From Elusimicrobiota bacterium (GTDB taxonomy: Bacteria > CG03 > SLGR01 > JAGXOG01), in the NCBI GenBank assembly GCA_051745145.1, contig JBNJDT010000027.1:1-18707 (forward strand): DNA of 18,707 nt, written 5' to 3'. A model generated the notes under the pieces. It saw only the letters and a program-made list of their open reading frames with translations. It searched no databases and was not told the DNA's origin. Position numbers and translations under genes: made by a program. Of the stretch, positions 17,695 to 18,707 are shown in pieces; position 1 is the stretch's first letter, and the number at the start of each line of letters is the position of its first letter.

Positions 17695-18707
17695 TTCGAA
17701 TACTCTTTTATCGAATTTTTTAAACCGTCTGCAATTTTTTCCTGGAATGATTCCTGGCGTAATTTCTTTTCTTCATTTTTATTAGATATAAAAGCTGTTT
17801 CCAGTAAAACTCCCGGCATGCGCGCGCCTTTTAAAACATAAAAACCGGCTTGTTTTACTCCCCGGTCTCGGAGATTTATATTATTGATAGTCTTTTGATT
17901 GATGAAAGAACACAGTTCGCTGGATTCGTTCATAAATTGATTCATAGTCAAAGACCAGAGAATATTTTCCACTTTACTGTTGTCGGAAATGTTTCTTTCC
18001 ATAGCCATAACTGCGTTTTCCCTGCTGGCTACGGCTTCAGCTTCTTCATCGGATGCATCGGTAGATAGAAAATAAGTTTCAAAACCTTCGCTGTCAGGAT
18101 TAAAAGAGGCGTTGCAGTGAATGGATACGAAAATATCAGCTTCTTTTTTATTGGCGATATTTACTCTCTTGGCCAAGGGGATAAAAGTATCCCGGTTGCG
18201 GGTAAGGATTACCCGTAGATTGAGTTCGTCTCTTATCTTTTGAGCAGCCTTTTTCGCTATATTAAGCACAATATCTTTTTCTTTAGTTCCCAGCGGACCG
18301 ATAGCTCCGGGATCTTTTCCGCCGTGACCGGGATCAATAACGATAAGTTCAACGTCCTTTAAGTTAGATTTATCCCGGTTAGCCGGCCCTGCAGGCTCGG
18401 GCGGTAAATTTTCGTTAGATACCGGGGAATCGGCGGGAGCGTTATTTTTTACGTCAATGACTAACCGCAAGGGGCTCGGGAATTTTTGAAGTTCATATTC
18501 CCCGGCATTTTCTCCCAAAAATAAAATAAATTCTGTGTATCTGTCATCTTTTTTACCGGTGACTTTTTCAATAACTCCGTCATCTATATTATAGGTTTTT
18601 AGAGGACGAGCAGGCCGTCCGTTTTTAATTTTTATGGAAAGTTTATTATCAGTTTTATCCGCTTTATATTCTAGGTCTTCAGTGAATTCTATAACAAACC
18701 GGCTATT
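17676..18707 (-). CDS. N-acetylmuramoyl-L-alanine amidase (Amidase_3) with AMIN-like N-terminal region; 5' end outside window
   Basis: IDPGHGGKDPGA, EKD, TR, SIHCNA, GFETY, LLETAFISN. The frame stays open from the ORF-track TTG (18518) to the window edge (NSRFVIEFTEDLEYK...PSPLRLVIDV, AMIN-like strands), so the true start is upstream. AmiC-like. Confidence 0.92.
   Translation of the reverse strand, partial: NSRFVIEFTEDLEYKADKTDNKLSIKIKNGRPARPLKTYNIDDGVIEKVTGKKDDRYTEFILFLGENAGEYELQKFPSPLRLVIDVKNNAPADSPVSNENLPPEPAGPANRDKSNLKDVELIVIDPGHGGKDPGAIGPLGTKEKDIVLNIAKKAAQKIRDELNLRVILTRNRDTFIPLAKRVNIANKKEADIFVSIHCNASFNPDSEGFETYFLSTDASDEEAEAVASRENAVMAMERNISDNSKVENILWSLTMNQFMNESSELCSFINQKTINNINLRDRGVKQAGFYVLKGARMPGVLLETAFISNKNEEKKLRQESFQEKIADGLKNSIKEYSKWLEKR

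Noticed and set aside
415..18068. About 20 short alternative-frame or antisense ORFs in the track (e.g. 415-756, 7277-7597, 12324-12743, 16120-16491)
   Set aside because: All lie within well-supported genes, show no recognisable motifs and have the composition expected of shadow ORFs.
18516..18518. TTG start of the amidase at 18518
   Set aside because: The frame is open to the window end and continues AMIN-like sequence, so the gene starts outside the window.
1..18707. CRISPR array, tandem repeats, IS ends, defence systems or stop-codon reassignment
   Set aside because: Intergenic gaps are short with no regularly spaced repeats, no such genes were recognised, and TAA, TAG and TGA all terminate full-length genes.
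1..18707. Taxonomic assignment (gene content suggests a diderm such as Elusimicrobiota or a deltaproteobacteria-like lineage)
   Set aside because: Impression only; it needs a phylogeny of ThrS/UvrB that cannot be run here.

Overview
AT-rich bacterial chromosomal window with no mobile element or CRISPR array, read in the standard code (TAA, TAG and TGA all end genes). From the left: a tRNA cluster (3' end of a probable tRNA-Leu, then tRNA-Cys(GCA) and tRNA-Val(GAC)) precedes a TGS-less thrS. A minus-strand ABC ATPase + permease + membrane-anchored TPR-like trio resembles the pilus-associated PilH/I/G (Xap-like) module. Divergent from it is a four-gene signalling cluster with no DNA-binding regulator: a HAMP sensor histidine kinase, a REC-GAF-PAS hybrid kinase with an atypical H-K-L-K-T-P H-box, a stand-alone receiver, and a membrane Ser/Thr kinase with PEGA-like repeats. 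The right half is a tightly packed minus-strand run: amiC-like amidase (5' truncated), murI, yjbQ, surE, uvrB, nadC and a birA-coaX fusion. The best candidates for something new are the His-Asp-to-Ser/Thr signalling module facing the PilGHI-like exporter and a strong over-representation of CCGG. All calls come from motif recognition by eye; no searches were run.
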